From contig OX597817.1 in NCBI GenBank assembly GCA_951406725.2, positions 106,826,001 to 106,890,000 on the forward strand: a stretch of 64,000 nt of DNA. The letters run 5' to 3'. The translations under genes were made by a program, and so were the position numbers. Source of the stretch: Octopus vulgaris. Lineage: Eukaryota. The notes beneath the pieces were generated by a model. It ran no database searches and was not told where the DNA came from. It saw only the letters and a list, made by a program, of their open reading frames with translations. Numbering within the stretch: position 1 is the stretch's first letter; the number at the start of each line of letters is the position of its first letter. Below are positions 37,215 to 51,080 of this stretch, in pieces.

Positions 37215-37540
37215 CTAACAGAGGTAGCAGCTCTCTGAACTTTGCCCAGCCTATTCTTATTCAAGTGGCTATGCTTTTGGAACAACCTCCACCACTACTA
37301 ACTGGGTCACCTAAGTAATGGAAACTATCTACAACTTCTATGGATACCCCACAACATTTGAGGGAATCTATATTTTTTTTTTTGTACATTCCTGGTGTTT
37401 AATACACTTGCACATCTTTCACCACATGTAAAGACTACTTTCTCTGTTAGTCTTCCAGTGATACTGCTACACCTCTTATGTGTCCATAGCTTTCTCCCGA
37501 TACCTTTTCTACATATTGAGTAGGGCCATCTCTTGCACAC
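37215..37540 (-). mobile_element. RTE LINE fragment (Cys-rich insert region)
   Basis: RWPYSICRKGIGRKLWTHKRCSSITGRLT matches the 30.7-30.85 kb and 52.8-52.9 kb copies. Confidence 0.8.
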
Positions 37541-39820
37541 ATTTTATTCAATAATTAGAACAGATCAATTTATATATCTGTCAGTCATTAACCTTATTTC
37601 ACAAAAGAGCAAGGTGCAGTGTTAAATGCCACAGTTTGACTCAATACAGTAGTGCATATATGGTTGAATTATTGATATGGTCTTGTTTGTCCTATTCTGA
37701 AGAAGACCAAAACACCATCTCTTATACACGGACAATATTTCTTAATGAGCATCAGTTAACTCCATAGGTGAATGCAGTTTTGAAACTGCTCCACCAATAT
37801 TAAGCCATCCACAAGTGAGGAAACTCCAGAAGTAGTATTTTACTGTTACAGATGCAAATGATTCTCCCAACTGCTGCAACAAAAGGTCTGTTGTCAGCTC
37901 TCACTGGTGGCTCCACAAACTGTTCACATTTAGCAATGTGCCACCTCCTGGACAATGGTACTAGCAGGCCAGTTAAGTTTGATAGGGTAATAAACAACCA
38001 ATCCATCTAACTTTAAATTGTCATTGTTGAGCAAACATGGTCGAAGGCATTCTATCCCATTTTTTTTTATATATCAAAGCCTATATCATTTAATGTGTCC
38101 TCTTAGTTACTATTTCTAGCATGTTGACTATCTGCCCAGGAGCTTCTTTGTTGCCACTTATATTATGGCATTTGAACCTCAAGGGTATGCCCTGGTACTT
38201 GCCACCATCTATATCTCTCTCTCTTCCTTTACTCAACTATCCCGTTTATATTCTGATCCCTGTTCCTTGTGAGTATGCCCAGCATTTTGCCACCATCTCT
38301 ATCCTGCTATTTCCCACTCTCTCTCCTTCTCCTGCACTTCCCTCTGTCTTCATTCCTGATCTTTCTCTCCCCGGCCGGGTAACCTTGTACTTCTTCTGCA
38401 GCAAGATACCTGTATCTGTCTCACTACAACCTTTTCCTCATCCAACACAAGATCACCTCTTCCAATGACCCTCACCTCTTGAAAGTTTTTTTTTGTCTTG
38501 CAAGTACTTGGTGACCCTCTCAGTGTAGGTGCCACTTAAAAGCACCCAGTCAAAACTGTAAAGTGGTTGGTATTTGGAAGGGCATCCAACTGTAAAAACC
38601 TAGCCAAACCTGATCTTGCCTGTGCTTGTGCCACAAAAAAAGCACTAAGTCCACTCTGCTGAGTGGTTGGGGTTCGGAAGGGCATCCAGCTGTAAAACTC
38701 CTGCCAAAACAGTCACAGAAGCCTGGTGCAGGCTTCGGCCTGACTGGTTCTTGTGAAACCATCCCACCCATGCTAGCATGGAAGGCAGACGTTAAATGAT
38801 GATGATTGCAGCAGTGGCTACCCTCTTTTGTTAGGTGCATGTCTAGGACTAAATTAACCATTCATCATTTCCTTATTTAAGACAGAAGGGTTTGGTTGGA
38901 GGGGCATTTGGTTGTTATTTCAACCTGATTAGTTCATACTATAGTATGAACTGGCATAACACTGCTCTAAACAACAGTTCAATACCACCGACAAGAAAAG
39001 TAACATGTAACAAAATGGTGTTGTGCCCATAGAGATGTTTGTGTCTCCTCTATTTATTGCCTTAAAACTAAGAATAAATACTAGGTAAATAGATCATGGA
39101 GCTTTTCAAGCATCTATGTGGCTGCTTGACTTACTAGAAATAACAACCAAATCTTCTTAAAATAACTCACAACTATTGTCTTAAAAAAAAAATAAACACA
39201 CTCATTGAATAATGTAATTTTAAATAAGTTATGCTTGGAATAACAATGGGATGTTCGTAGAATAGTTGGAATCTCACTGCTCATAGATATGCTTTGGCAA
39301 GGTTGATATGGAGCTAAACAGCAAACAACAATTACCAGATTGTCCATGAAGAGACAAATAAAAAAAAATAATTTAATATCTAGTTATGTTAAATACTCTA
39401 TACTTTATTAGGTTATCATGCCTCTTGTAATCATTATATCATTATAGCCTTACATCCTTGGACCACTTTTTATACATTATTATGTCATTATATCACACAT
39501 CCTCATCATTATTATACAAAGCTATTTCTTCATAGGTCCCTACCTCATATAGACAGCTATGCCATTACAGCTACAGTGGCATAGCTAGTGTGTGTGCCCT
39601 TAGTGCAGGCCTTGAGTTTTCTGCTCACCCGTTAGGCCCTCAAGCCCATACAGGCTTCTACAGCAGACCGAAAAGTGCTGTCTCCATAAAAAACATTGCC
39701 TAGGATAAACTGTACCCCAACCCTTTATACTACTAACCACCTCTTATACGTACAGAGCCGTGTCATTATATAACAGCTTATACAGAGAGCTATGTCATTA
39801 GAGTACTTCTTGCAGAGTAT

Positions 39821-40530
39821 TATGAGGCATTATCCAAAAGTTCCCAGGCTGGTTCTGTAGCACACCAATTGATGACAGCATCTGGTTGGATGCACAGTGA
39901 GAGCTAGCAGTGACCTTCATGAGGCAGTGTGCTAAGTGATATCACTGTGTTTATTTCACAAGTTGTGAAATTTGTATTTTTGTGATCATGTGTATGCTGT
40001 AGTCAGTTGGAACAAAGACCCAACAGGAAATTTTGCATTAAACTAGGGAAGTCTGCTACAGGGACACTGAGTATGCTTCAGCAAGATTACAGTAATGAGG
40101 CAATGGGTCATATGCAATGTTTTGAGTGGCATGGGCGCATGACAGAGCTGCAGCTCAATCAAGAGCATACTCATTGTCTTTTTCAGTATCCGCAGTATTG
40201 TGCATCGAGAATTCATCCCCCAGGACCAGACTGTCAGTCAGGAGTTCTACTGCAACATTTCAAAGTGTTTGAGGGAGGATATTTGGCAAAAATGACCAGA
40301 TTTGTGGAGTGCGAAGAATTGGATTCTTCAGGTCAACAATGCACCATCACCAAACTCCCCTCACTTATGAGTTTCTCACCAAAAACATGATATCACTTCT
40401 GCACCTGCCCTATTCACCAGATTTAGCAAACTTCCATCTTTCCTCCAAGATGTAAAAGCATTTCAAAGGTCAGTTTTAACACCGTTGTCAAAATCTAGAG
40501 CAAATCCAAGCAGGATTCCAAAAGTGGGAA
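39821..40530 (+). mobile_element. Internally deleted mariner element
   Basis: EQR...KFCIKLGKSAT.T..ML.Q.Y..EAM...QCFEWH (HTH), HREFIPPG-like segment, PYSPDLA near 40405-40428. Confidence 0.8.
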
Positions 40531-41846
40531 TCTCCCATTGATAAGAAAAAAAATGTAGTCACAATTTATTGCACAAGTGCAAATAATTATAATGTATTTT
40601 TCAATCTAAAAACAATTTACCCAGTGAAATTCCAAAATTTTCTTTTGTAAACCATAAGTTTTCTACATAGTTATTGAATCTATTAGAAATAGGACCAAAT
40701 ATAACTTAAAAAAACATTATGTCATTTAAAAAACACAAAAGGAAGACCACAATGGAAAATGTATTACCATATCCAAGAAAGTGAAGTCAAAATGCTAATT
40801 TGAACATATAAAGAGCATAGGGTGCTACTTTAGCATGCAGTCTACTACGGTATCCATATTCTATGCTGTGAAAATCCTGATCTGGGTTAGGATTAGCATT
40901 AGAGTTAAGGGTGGGGGTAGACTACACACTAAAGTGTAAATTGCCAGGTAGACTAAATGTTAAAAGTGGCAGCAAACATAACCTATACTATTTTTCATCT
41001 TTAGGATAAAGTATCCTCAAAAAAAAAAAAGAAAAAAAGACTATCTCAATGTATATTGACAGTGCTCTCTCCTATAAACATTTTATCAAATCTAGTTACA
41101 GGTTAAGTTTTATGTCCCACATAACTCTTCTTCAAGAAGATACCATCATTTACCTTACACCATATTTGCTCCGATTCTACGTATACAAATCTCAGACACC
41201 TTTTATTGGGTTCATGACAGCTTAGTTTCACCAAACACCATGACACAATCACAGGAAAGCTTTGACATTTAAAACATTCAAAACCCTTATAAATAATGGG
41301 ACTAAGAATTTCTGATGATCAATTATGTCAACCCCCCCACACCTACAACATAGGTAAATCTGCATCAAAGCTTTCCTCTTTAGGTCCACAACATATTTCA
41401 CCTTTAATCAGTGACAGATTTGGCAGCTAATAAAATGAACTGTTGTCGGCCCTTTCTTAATGAATAAACCATACAAACCTTACAAATCAAAGAAATAACG
41501 GGGAAATATTATAGGATCTGCCTATCTCCAAAAAATGAAATAGTTATTTAACTATATAAAAAGACTGGCAAAAAGTAACACTGAAGATGTTACATAACTG
41601 TCGTTTTTCTATTAATGTATGACTGATAAGCACAAGTTTTGTGTACTTTTTAATCACATTTATGTATTTCTCTATATAGTACTTTATTCCCAGTCTTAAT
41701 ATCAGGAGAGAAAATTAGAAACTACTTGACTTCCCCAAGTTAGATATTACTATTTGTAAATATAGTGAAGAAAGATTAATTTTATTTCATATCAATATGC
41801 TTAATGTTTATCATTTTGAAAATAAAGGTTGTTTTGGTTATCTTAC

Positions 41847-42028
41847 CAAACCGCGTATCTGCATCCTAAAGATATTTTGATCCTTAACACTTGTCCTAAG
41901 ACACCCCAGTAAACGCTAGCTAATAAAAGAAAGTAGTAAAATAGCTAAATTCTGAAAATTATGTAAGCAAAAACATATTCCTAAAAATGAATATTCTCTC
42001 AGACGGCATATTACATGAATCTAGTAAC
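41847..42028 (-). other. Candidate exon (182 nt), probably 5' UTR or start-codon exon
   Basis: Acceptor tttcctttctAG|G and donor TTG|GTAAGA; no frame is open throughout; ends with ATG CAG ATA CGC GGT TTG (MQIRGL). Confidence 0.45.
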
Positions 42029-43427
42029 CTAGAAAGGAAAAATATCGGGCAATACTAGTTGTTGATGTATAATATTTACTTGTAATGGTAACTATTTATC
42101 AGCAGTATAATTTCAATTGTTTAAAAATAAAAAAAATCTTGAGCACTTCTTAATATCTAAACAACTTATGGCAACTAAAATATAGAAATTTCCAGCTTGT
42201 ACAAAGTAGACTTCTGAGAAGCAGAAAAATCGATGCATTATTCTATTGTTTATAAAATCAATTAAAAAGTTCCCTTCTTTCAAATTGAATTTAAATTAAT
42301 CCAACATAGTAGTACCGATGTGTTAAGTTGCAGTATATTTATTTACTATTGATATCATAGCGTACCATGTAAAAACGAAGTGTCTGGAAAGTATTGCTTT
42401 ACAAGCAACATGTTATACAAATCAAAATTCTAATCGGATTTACATGTAAAGAAAAAAATGAATTCCACATCTCAAAGCCCGGTGCGTATATCGAAACCTG
42501 TTTGTTTATAATGTACAAAGAATTCCGGGAGTTAGTAAGAACTGTGATTCAGTAATTATAGAATATCTAGTTGAAGTATGTCGAAGAACAATGGATCTCG
42601 ACGAAAAGTTGACGACTGCCTGCTCTAGTAACATCGTTGATAAACAATAGAACATTGTGTCGCAGCCTGTTTTGTTTTGTGTTCTTATTTCTGTTCATAT
42701 AATAACAGTGAAACCTCCTCCAGATTTACTAAGGTAATGTAGAAATGGTGATATTCATGCCGTTTTCCAAATGTAATTTGGTAAAAATAAATTAAGTCGC
42801 ATATTTGTTTCGCTAAATATTTACCAGCATCCCGCATTTCCCGCCGTATTTTTTCTAGTGATAACAACAAACGAACATTGATAATATTGATCGAGGCAAA
42901 AGAATAATTTCTTAAGATATAAAGCCTTTAAATTTATACGAAAAGGGGCTAATATAATTACAGAATTAATCATAGAAGTTTATGAACAGAATCCTTTTTA
43001 AAGAATATTAACTATGAAAGGCAAATCCTAATAACCAGAGTACAGCAGGCTTTCTTAGATTAAATAAAACAACGAAGGCAGATTAATAAGGGAGAGAGCT
43101 AGTTGTCATACTCAGTTCTATTTTCAAGTTAATTAGAAAACTATAATTTGACAGACTATCCATCAGTTTACCTCGCCACCCCATCTTGCCTGTCAATTAT
43201 CTATGTTGTAAAGACAGGAGTCTCAGTCGATGTAGCTTTTGATTGTTGTCGGAGAAACAAACAGAACAAAGGAAAGAAAACAATCATATGGACGGACAGC
43301 TATGGAGATTAACTGTGAACTTTCTGGACTTTAATTGATTGACTGCTCAGTTGTAGAATAAGTCGCACAATGGCCTAAAGTTAGTTTAGTTGTTCATATG
43401 TGGAGAAAATATTTCAGTTATACTTAC

Positions 43428-43492
43428 TGGTGTAGAGGTGATGGCGTGTGATGGCGAAACAAAATTACATCGTGTGAAATAGTATCAGCCAT
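43428..43492 (-). other. Candidate first exon segment with ATG (MADTISHDVILFRHHTPSPLH, phase 2)
   Basis: gacATGG context, donor CCA|GTAAGT at 43427-43426, inside the CpG-retaining region. Confidence 0.3.
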
Positions 43493-45094
43493 GTCCGAAG
43501 GTTAATTTTCTTCGAGCTAGAATTAACTGAATTCAAGTTGAAAATCAAAATATTCATTTGATATAAAAAGAGGCTTGCATGATGTTGTTCAAAACAAGCT
43601 AAATATTAAACTGTTATTCAGTCCAGATAGTTGTCTCTTTGCCAATATTTAGAGGCGAACTACTATTTAACTGAAAGTCTCCTCTTTCTTATTGTTAAGG
43701 TGTGCAGCGAGAGACAAATTGAAAGAGTAAAGATTCCGGAGAATCTAAAAGAGGAGAGCAAGGTGTAAGGGGAAGCTGAAAGCTATGTAGATAAATGGTA
43801 GTAGCTGCTGACATCGTAATAGATATACAGTAGCAGAAACATGGTATTATCATGGGAATGTATATAGAGAATCTACATTTCAGTCAGATATGGAATCAAA
43901 ACTATCACATCTCATTAGATGGAATTGTTAGCTGTGCTGTGTTGATTTTTTTTTTAGCATTCACACCTTTCAACATATTTAAAGCTTTAGACAGTAAATC
44001 TGAAATTTTTATGTTCTATCTGAATTTTAAATTTTATATCAAGCTAAAAATTAATTACTGTTTCAACAATTATTTTACTGTGACCTTAAATGCTACTGAG
44101 AAACCTCACTTCTGTTCTCTCTGACACATATGGGCACAAACACACTCACACATCTTTTAATAAATTAGATACAATCTTTTCTGATGTAAGGAAAGCTGTC
44201 TTTTCAACATTAACTATTAATTTCTGAAATATTAAGTGTCCCATGATGACAATTTCCAATATATATATAACCATCTACTTATAACACTATATCTCCAAAT
44301 AGAAAGCTGAAGACAGCATCCATCTATGAAGTTATCTGCAATTAATCTGTGGTTGAGTAAGAAATTCATGGTAATAAGCTTTATTACAGCAATACATGAG
44401 TGTCAAATATGGGTGCAGATATGTTGTGTGTAGTTTAACTTTACAGATTTGACCCCACTACATGGCATAGCCTCGGGACAACCAAAGCCCCAAGGGAAAT
44501 TTTGTAGAAAGGACTTGTATGGAAGCTTGTCAGAAGGACCCTTCCTGCTTTGAAGCAACAGACATAATCCACTGTACACTTTAATACCGTCATCTGGACC
44601 CTTGACTATCTTCAGTTGTGTCTACACTCTTGCTAGACATTCAGTCAGAAGTTTACTTTCTCCTACCAGAGCTCCTGCCCTTTTCCCTCAGACTTGATGA
44701 TTACAAAAAAATAAACAAATAAAAATTACTAGCTTACTTAGAAGCTTGCTAGTTACAAAAATTCTGCTAATAACATCAGATAGGATGATTCTTTTATATC
44801 ACTGACAATCTGTCCAGGTCAGTTGTCATATTGAAAGCAAGGTACATGTCAAGTTGGTGTATCTGTATTTATCTATCAAGAAACCAAGATATACTTCATA
44901 AACTTTATCATTCTCACATTATTGCACTCTCATGTCTCTTTTACTGAGAACATTAGTATCAGGATCTACTTAACCCTTTTACTACAGAATCCGGATATAT
45001 CCACCCGAAATTTAATTGTTTAACTACAAAAAGCAGTTTTATACACCAACCTATCTTTTGTTGAGGAATGTCCTGTTTGAAAGTATTTTTTGTT

Positions 45095-45440
45095 GTGGCT
45101 GTGTGGTATTTCTCAACCACATGGTTCCAGGTTCAGTCCCACTGTGTGGCACCCTGGGGAAATGTCTTCTACTATAGCCACAGGCTGACCAAAGCCTTGT
45201 GAATGGATTTGGTAAACAGAAACTAAAAGAAGCCCATCATATGTGTGTGTGTGTGTCCTACCACCATTGCTTGACAACCGATCCCTGTAACTTAACAGTT
45301 CAGCAAAAGAAACCAATAGAATAAGTACTAGGCTTACAAAGACTAAATCCTGGGATCAATTTCTCCAACTAAAACCCTTTAAGGTGGTGCTCCAACATGG
45401 CCATAGTCAAATGACTGAAACAAGTAAAAGAATAAAAGAA
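45095..45440 (+). mobile_element. SINE family A copy
   Basis: Head, core and tail motifs all present. Confidence 0.8.
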
Positions 45441-45754
45441 CATGTCAAGTTTATTGAGATAACATGACTAACAGAAAATACTAATTCTATCTTTTGGTAA
45501 ATATTTTACATCAATACTGGAATAACCATGAAATTTAATTTCACAATTAAAGGGTTTATTTGCATTTACTGCCTCTGTAATCCAGAAGTTGGTAACAGAA
45601 GCAACCAATCAACTGACTTCAAATTATAGTAACACACTGTACTAGCACTCCATTGGTCATGACAACAAATGTTCCAGTTAATTCAATCAATATAACAGCC
45701 TTCTCATGAAATTTTCATGCTAATATATCAGCGCTCCACAGGCATATGCACCCT

Positions 45755-45982
45755 TAACCCTTTCATTACTAACCTGGCTGAAACCGGCTCTGGTTCTGTA
45801 ATATAAATGTCTTATTTTCATAAGTTTTTAATTAAAACTTTCCACCAAACCTGAGTCACAATTACTGTTCCTAACACTAGCTTAATGATAACTAAGTAAT
45901 TTTACAAAATTCTTTGTTATATCTAAAATAATTGAGAGAAACACAGAGCATCTCAACAGAAATATAGTAACGAAAGGGTTAA
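45755..45982. mobile_element. piggyBac-type MITE nested in a SINE
   Basis: TTAA-CCCTTTC(A/G)TTACTA ... TAGTAACGAAAGGG-TTAA; minus-strand SINE sequence continues on both sides (about 45630-46190). Confidence 0.75.
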
Positions 45983-46837
45983 CATAGCTATCAGGTAGAT
46001 TCTGTGCAACACAGAATGTGACAAGGTTGTCTCTTTGAATTATAGGTACAACACATTTTTGCCAGCTGAGTGGGCTGGAACAACATAAAATAAAGTAACT
46101 TGCTCAAGGACATAATGTACCATAGGGAATCAAACTCATGACTTTACAATCATGAGCCAAAAACATTAACCACTAAGCCATGTACTTTCATAGCACGCTG
46201 TACAGATGCTCAGTTTTACCAATTACTGTTTTCATTTTCGTAAAAATATTTTGCATTTCTTCAAGCAAAAATTTTGAAATCTTTACATCAAAGAACCTAA
46301 AATATATCAAACTTTCTTGGATCAATTCTTCCAGAAATTAACTGATGAGCTAACCATCTCTGAATTATAAGGTGCATCACTGGGATAATCCTCTAACCCA
46401 ATAATTCACTAAACAGGTACCAATCACTTCTTTTTGAATCTCATCAACAGCAAATGCACTTACGCAGCTGAGTATTCAAATGAACTAGACTTTGCTATAC
46501 ATATTATTTGCTCCCATATGTTAAATGAGGTGGTATTCCCTATTTGAAAGTGTCTCATTCCTCTGTTGATCAGATCAATTCTCTGAAGTTAATCTAATTT
46601 CCTTACTCAAAGACAAAATATTCAAGACGAATTGGTCTGCTTTTATTCTAGTTACTTTCAATTATCATTCTATCTCTATTTTCTCTCTAACAAGCAACAG
46701 GTGACACATCAGATTCCTGGCTGTTTTCTGCTCTCAGCTTATTTCACAAACTGATTGTATTCAAAGTAGCAACAATGAGAGAGGCATGGTATAAAGTAAT
46801 CTCAAAGGTTGAAGGGATCAGATCAGTATAGAAGAAT

Positions 46838-46966
46838 ATGAATAACATTAGTAAAATGCATGCAAGAGATGACAGCAGGGTAATAGTAAATGATCATTTG
46901 TTCAATAATGGAAAGATCAAACAGAATGAGGAAGAACTGACTGATTTGGACAAGAAAGGAGATCAG
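46838..46966 (+). CDS. Candidate first coding exon of an unidentified plus-strand gene
   Basis: MNNISKMHARDDSRVIVNDHLFNNGKIKQNEEELTDLDKKGDQ ends at a strong phase-0 donor CAG|GTAAGA; in-frame TAG just upstream of the ATG; pyrimidine-rich acceptors at about 46694-46737. No recognised domain. Confidence 0.3.
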
Positions 46967-47434
46967 GTAAGATCTGTAAAAGATGCTGCAAAAGTGGCTG
47001 GAAAAACTAAGCATTTCTTGAGCAAAGGGTTTAACAATTTAGATCTACAAACTTGTGTATGTCTAAATTATAAACAAGAACATCAAAAAACCTTGATCTA
47101 AAGAAAAAAAAATCTTGACTTGTATACTGAACAAGAACATTCACCTACATTTGGGCTATTCTAAATAATAATACCTGAATTCATAATTCCCTTTGAAGTT
47201 ATTTTTATGTCAGTCAGAGTTTGATAAAAATCTTTTCATTTCAATATTTTCCATTTTCAACCCATCATTTCTTTTATAGCCATTTTAGCATTGATGGTGA
47301 TAGTTAGGAAAACTCATAGTTTGAGAAATGATAAGTGTTAGTATAGCTTTCCAAGCACTTATGCACTGTATCCCTAATGTTAATTACTTGGGTTCTAGAA
47401 AGCTGTAAAATCAATGTTGGCTTCAACATAGCAA

Positions 47435-47770
47435 GAATCTGGCTAAGAGGTTAGAGTGTTAGGCTTACAATCATGAGGTAGTGAGTTTGATTCCTGGACT
47501 GGGCTGTAGGTTGTGTTCTTGAGCAAGTCACTTTATTTCACATTGCTCCAGTTACTCTGCTGTAGAAATGAGTTGCAACGTCACAGGTGCCAAGCTGTAT
47601 CAGTCTATACCTTTTCTTTGGACAACATTGGTGATGTGGAGAGGGGAGATTGCTATGTATGAGTGACTGCTGGTCTTCCACAAAACAACCTTACCTGGAC
47701 TTGTGCCTCAGAGAACTTTCTAGGTCTAATCCCATGGTCACTCGTGACCGAAGGGAGTTTTTACCCTCTC
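47435..47770 (+). mobile_element. SINE family D (tRNA-derived head)
   Basis: TGGCTAAGAGGTTAGAG ... GAGTTTGATTCC (A/B-box-like), GTGTTCTTGAGCAAG..ACTT core; related heads at 23280-23400, 49440-49735, 49790-50010. Confidence 0.75.
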
Positions 47771-50393
47771 TATCATTAGAACAATAAAGATCAATCTTCA
47801 ACCCTTGAGTCATTGCTCTATCTTTAATTCAAACATTTTAGTTAACTTTCTAGTTTAATTAGAAATTTAAGGTATTGTGTTTTCATGTTTCCCAAACTAA
47901 GAATAGATCAAAGCTGAGTGAGTCAAATGATTATTTCCTCATTGCAATATTTATTTAAAAGTTCAATAAAAGTGACAGACCCACTCTAGTGAAAGAACCT
48001 TCTTGAGCATTATACTTAATCCAGATCTATAAATTCCATTATATTGTTCACATTGTCTAAAATATCTGAGAATTACAAAGTGCAATACTAGCATTTAAGA
48101 CAGTTTGAATTGCAGGGAGCATTGCATCATAAACAAAGAAAGGCCAGATAACATCATGGACAAACAGAGGAATTCTGCCCTATGAACCATATCCAAAACA
48201 AGAGGATAAATTGTCACTATATCAACAGCTCTTATTACAGTTAGCTAGACTTGCTTTACAAGAGTCTCTGATGTAGGTGCATTTACAACTACAGCTTGTA
48301 GCTACTTATTAAAAATAATCATTTTCTGGTAAAAATAATATATTTGTACTTTTTCCAGATTAAATGAGTGAGACTTCGTAGATATCTCAAAACAAAATTT
48401 ACAATATGAATTTTAAAATAAGTAATATTTTAACTATTCATAAAAGACTATTACTATTTAAATTAGGCAACAGTACAGGAATCTAAATATACAATATCTC
48501 AATGTTACAGCAGCCATATATTATTATCATAATCATCATCATTATCATCATCATTATTTAAATTTCCCTTTTCCATGCTTGCATAGACTGATGGAATTTA
48601 TGTTATGAAATTTAACCAGTTACTCTAGGATCTCAAGATAAAATTACATATATTTCTATAATGACTAAACTAGCTTTGACATCCATAAAAAAAAGGTGTA
48701 ATAGAGCATGATCAATAAACTCATTATTTCGATCAGAAATTGCTCTAGCAACACCACAATTTACAATAGTTGATTGTGGATTGGTGGAAGAGCAATGGCC
48801 TAGATTCTATAATTGATTAGCCTTCAGCTTGAGTTCAAAACCTTTAACTGTGATCAATAAAATGATTTTCAACTAAAAATAACACCTATGTGACCCCCTC
48901 AATCACCCATGACCCCCATGCGTTTATAACATAGAGAAATTAGTAATAAATAAAACAGACCATATCTAACTCTACTAAGCTTTCACAATATAAGTCTGTG
49001 AACTAAGCTAACAAAATCTTTTCAATATCAAATTGTCAATAACTCCAAATAATTTCTCCTCTACAGATTATGCTGAAAGCTCATGGTGTACTTTATCAGT
49101 GGCCCCAGAATCATTAATATCTTAATATAAACACTATATATTTGTAACACTATCATCATCATCATTGTTTTAATGTCCATTTTTACATGTTTGCATGGGT
49201 TGGATAAATTCATTGAGGCAGATTTTCTGCAGCTGGATGCTCTTCCTGTTGTCAGTCCTTACCTGTTTCCAAAGCGAAGTAATATTTCCCTATAGTCAGA
49301 CATGCTACCACATAAGATTGGAAATGAAGGACACTGCATGTGTGATGGTGATGCTTATTTACAACTATTGCATGATGTCAAGATAAGATTACACAAACAT
49401 CCACCCACACATCCATGAACATACACACACACACATGTGAGTGCGTATGGCCTAGTGGTTAGGGTGTTACACACATGATTGCAAGATCATGGTTTTAATT
49501 CCTGGACTGGGTGATGCACTGTTTCTTGAGAAAAACACTTCATCTCAAGTGCTCTGCAATCACTTCAACACCTGACATGTGGTGCACTGTGCACCTGTTC
49601 ATGTAGTGTCAATATGATGGAGGGATTAAGCTAATGTGCACAGCACATACATTTAATCACCATAAACAAATTTGTACAGGTTGTTCAACCAAAACCGAAC
49701 TTAAACATTGTCTTTCATGGGCGGCCCCATCATATATATTTGTGTGTGTGTTTGTGTGTGTATGCATGTATGTATGTATATGTGAAAGCACATGGCTTAG
49801 TGGTTAGGGTGTTGCACTCACAATTGCAAGATCATGGGTTCATTGCATTGTGTTCTTGAGCAAAAGCACTTCATTTTCACATTGCTCTGTTCTCATTTCA
49901 TCATCTGACATGTGACAGATGGTGCTCACTATCAACAAATCATCTGTGAGGTTGTTTGACAAGAAATTGCTGAACCCTCATACATCGTCTAACGACGGAA
50001 GAGTCCATGGTATATATATATATATATATTCAAAAACTATATAGAAATACAGCTAACAGAAAATACACACATCAAATGTTGTTAAATCTTCATCAATTAT
50101 TGTCCAAAGGATCATAACTATTTCAAGCCTTTAATGATAATATTGTTCCCCTTTGGAGGCATCAACAATGAGAAGCCACTGGGAGATAGCAAGCAAACAA
50201 ACATGTGAACATAAAAACAAAAATGAAATAAATATACATTATACAAACAAAATGATATAAAATAAGGCCTTGCAGCTCAAGACAAGTTATATAGCAAACA
50301 GACAAAGGACAGAGATGAAAACAAACACAACAGAATGTGAACATAACCAAAATGAAATAAATATACACTATGAAAACACACACATTTTTATCT

Positions 50394-50450
<57 letters not shown>

Positions 50451-50689
50451 CATGGTTGACAGAATCATGAAGTTCAGTGGCCAGTTCAATTGTGTGGTAT
50501 TTTGGACAAGTGTCTTTCTTTTACTATAGGTTTAGTGAGATCCAAGCTCTGAGTGAAATTGGACACATAATGGAAACTGAATGGGATCCTATCAGATGGA
50601 TTGTACCTGTAATTCGAAGGTCCAGCCTTGCTACTTATTGTGTCATACTGATTCAGTCTGAGAACTACATTAGGATACATGTGTCAGTA

Positions 50690-51080
50690 AGAATATAAGG
50701 ACCAAAAGAACAAAGTAAATTTGCGTAAATTGTTTTAGATGGTGATTGATTGTAGTGATCGGATTTATATTGTCTTTCTTTCTATCACGAGGAGTCTTTT
50801 GGAGCAAAGGTACTGTGTGAGTAAGAGATGCATTCTGCTTCAGTAGTCTACCGGATACCCACTGAATTGGGATCTGTCTGACAAATTGTCCATCCACCAG
50901 CTTTCATTGGCCAGTGTGATGTAAAAGGCACCACTGATGACTGGGATAAATTATAATTATTATTGGGAATTGTCTCCAGAAGAGATAATGCCATATTGGA
51001 AGTGAATGCTTTGAAAGTGAACATAAAACAGTGAAGTCTTGAAGAATGAGGCTTTGATGGAGGGAGGCAGGCCAACAACA
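50690..51080 (-). mobile_element. Possible decayed Penelope-like coding remnant
   Basis: Weak resemblance (LLQKTPR..KDNINPITTINHHL) to the PLE linker between RT and GIY-YIG; many disruptions. Confidence 0.3.

Larger units (their letters stand above)
41800..43900. promoter_or_regulatory. Second CpG-retaining, repeat-poor region; probable promoter, possibly bidirectional
   Basis: Many CG dinucleotides relative to flanks, no recognisable SINEs, contains canonical splice donors on the minus strand. Confidence 0.5.
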
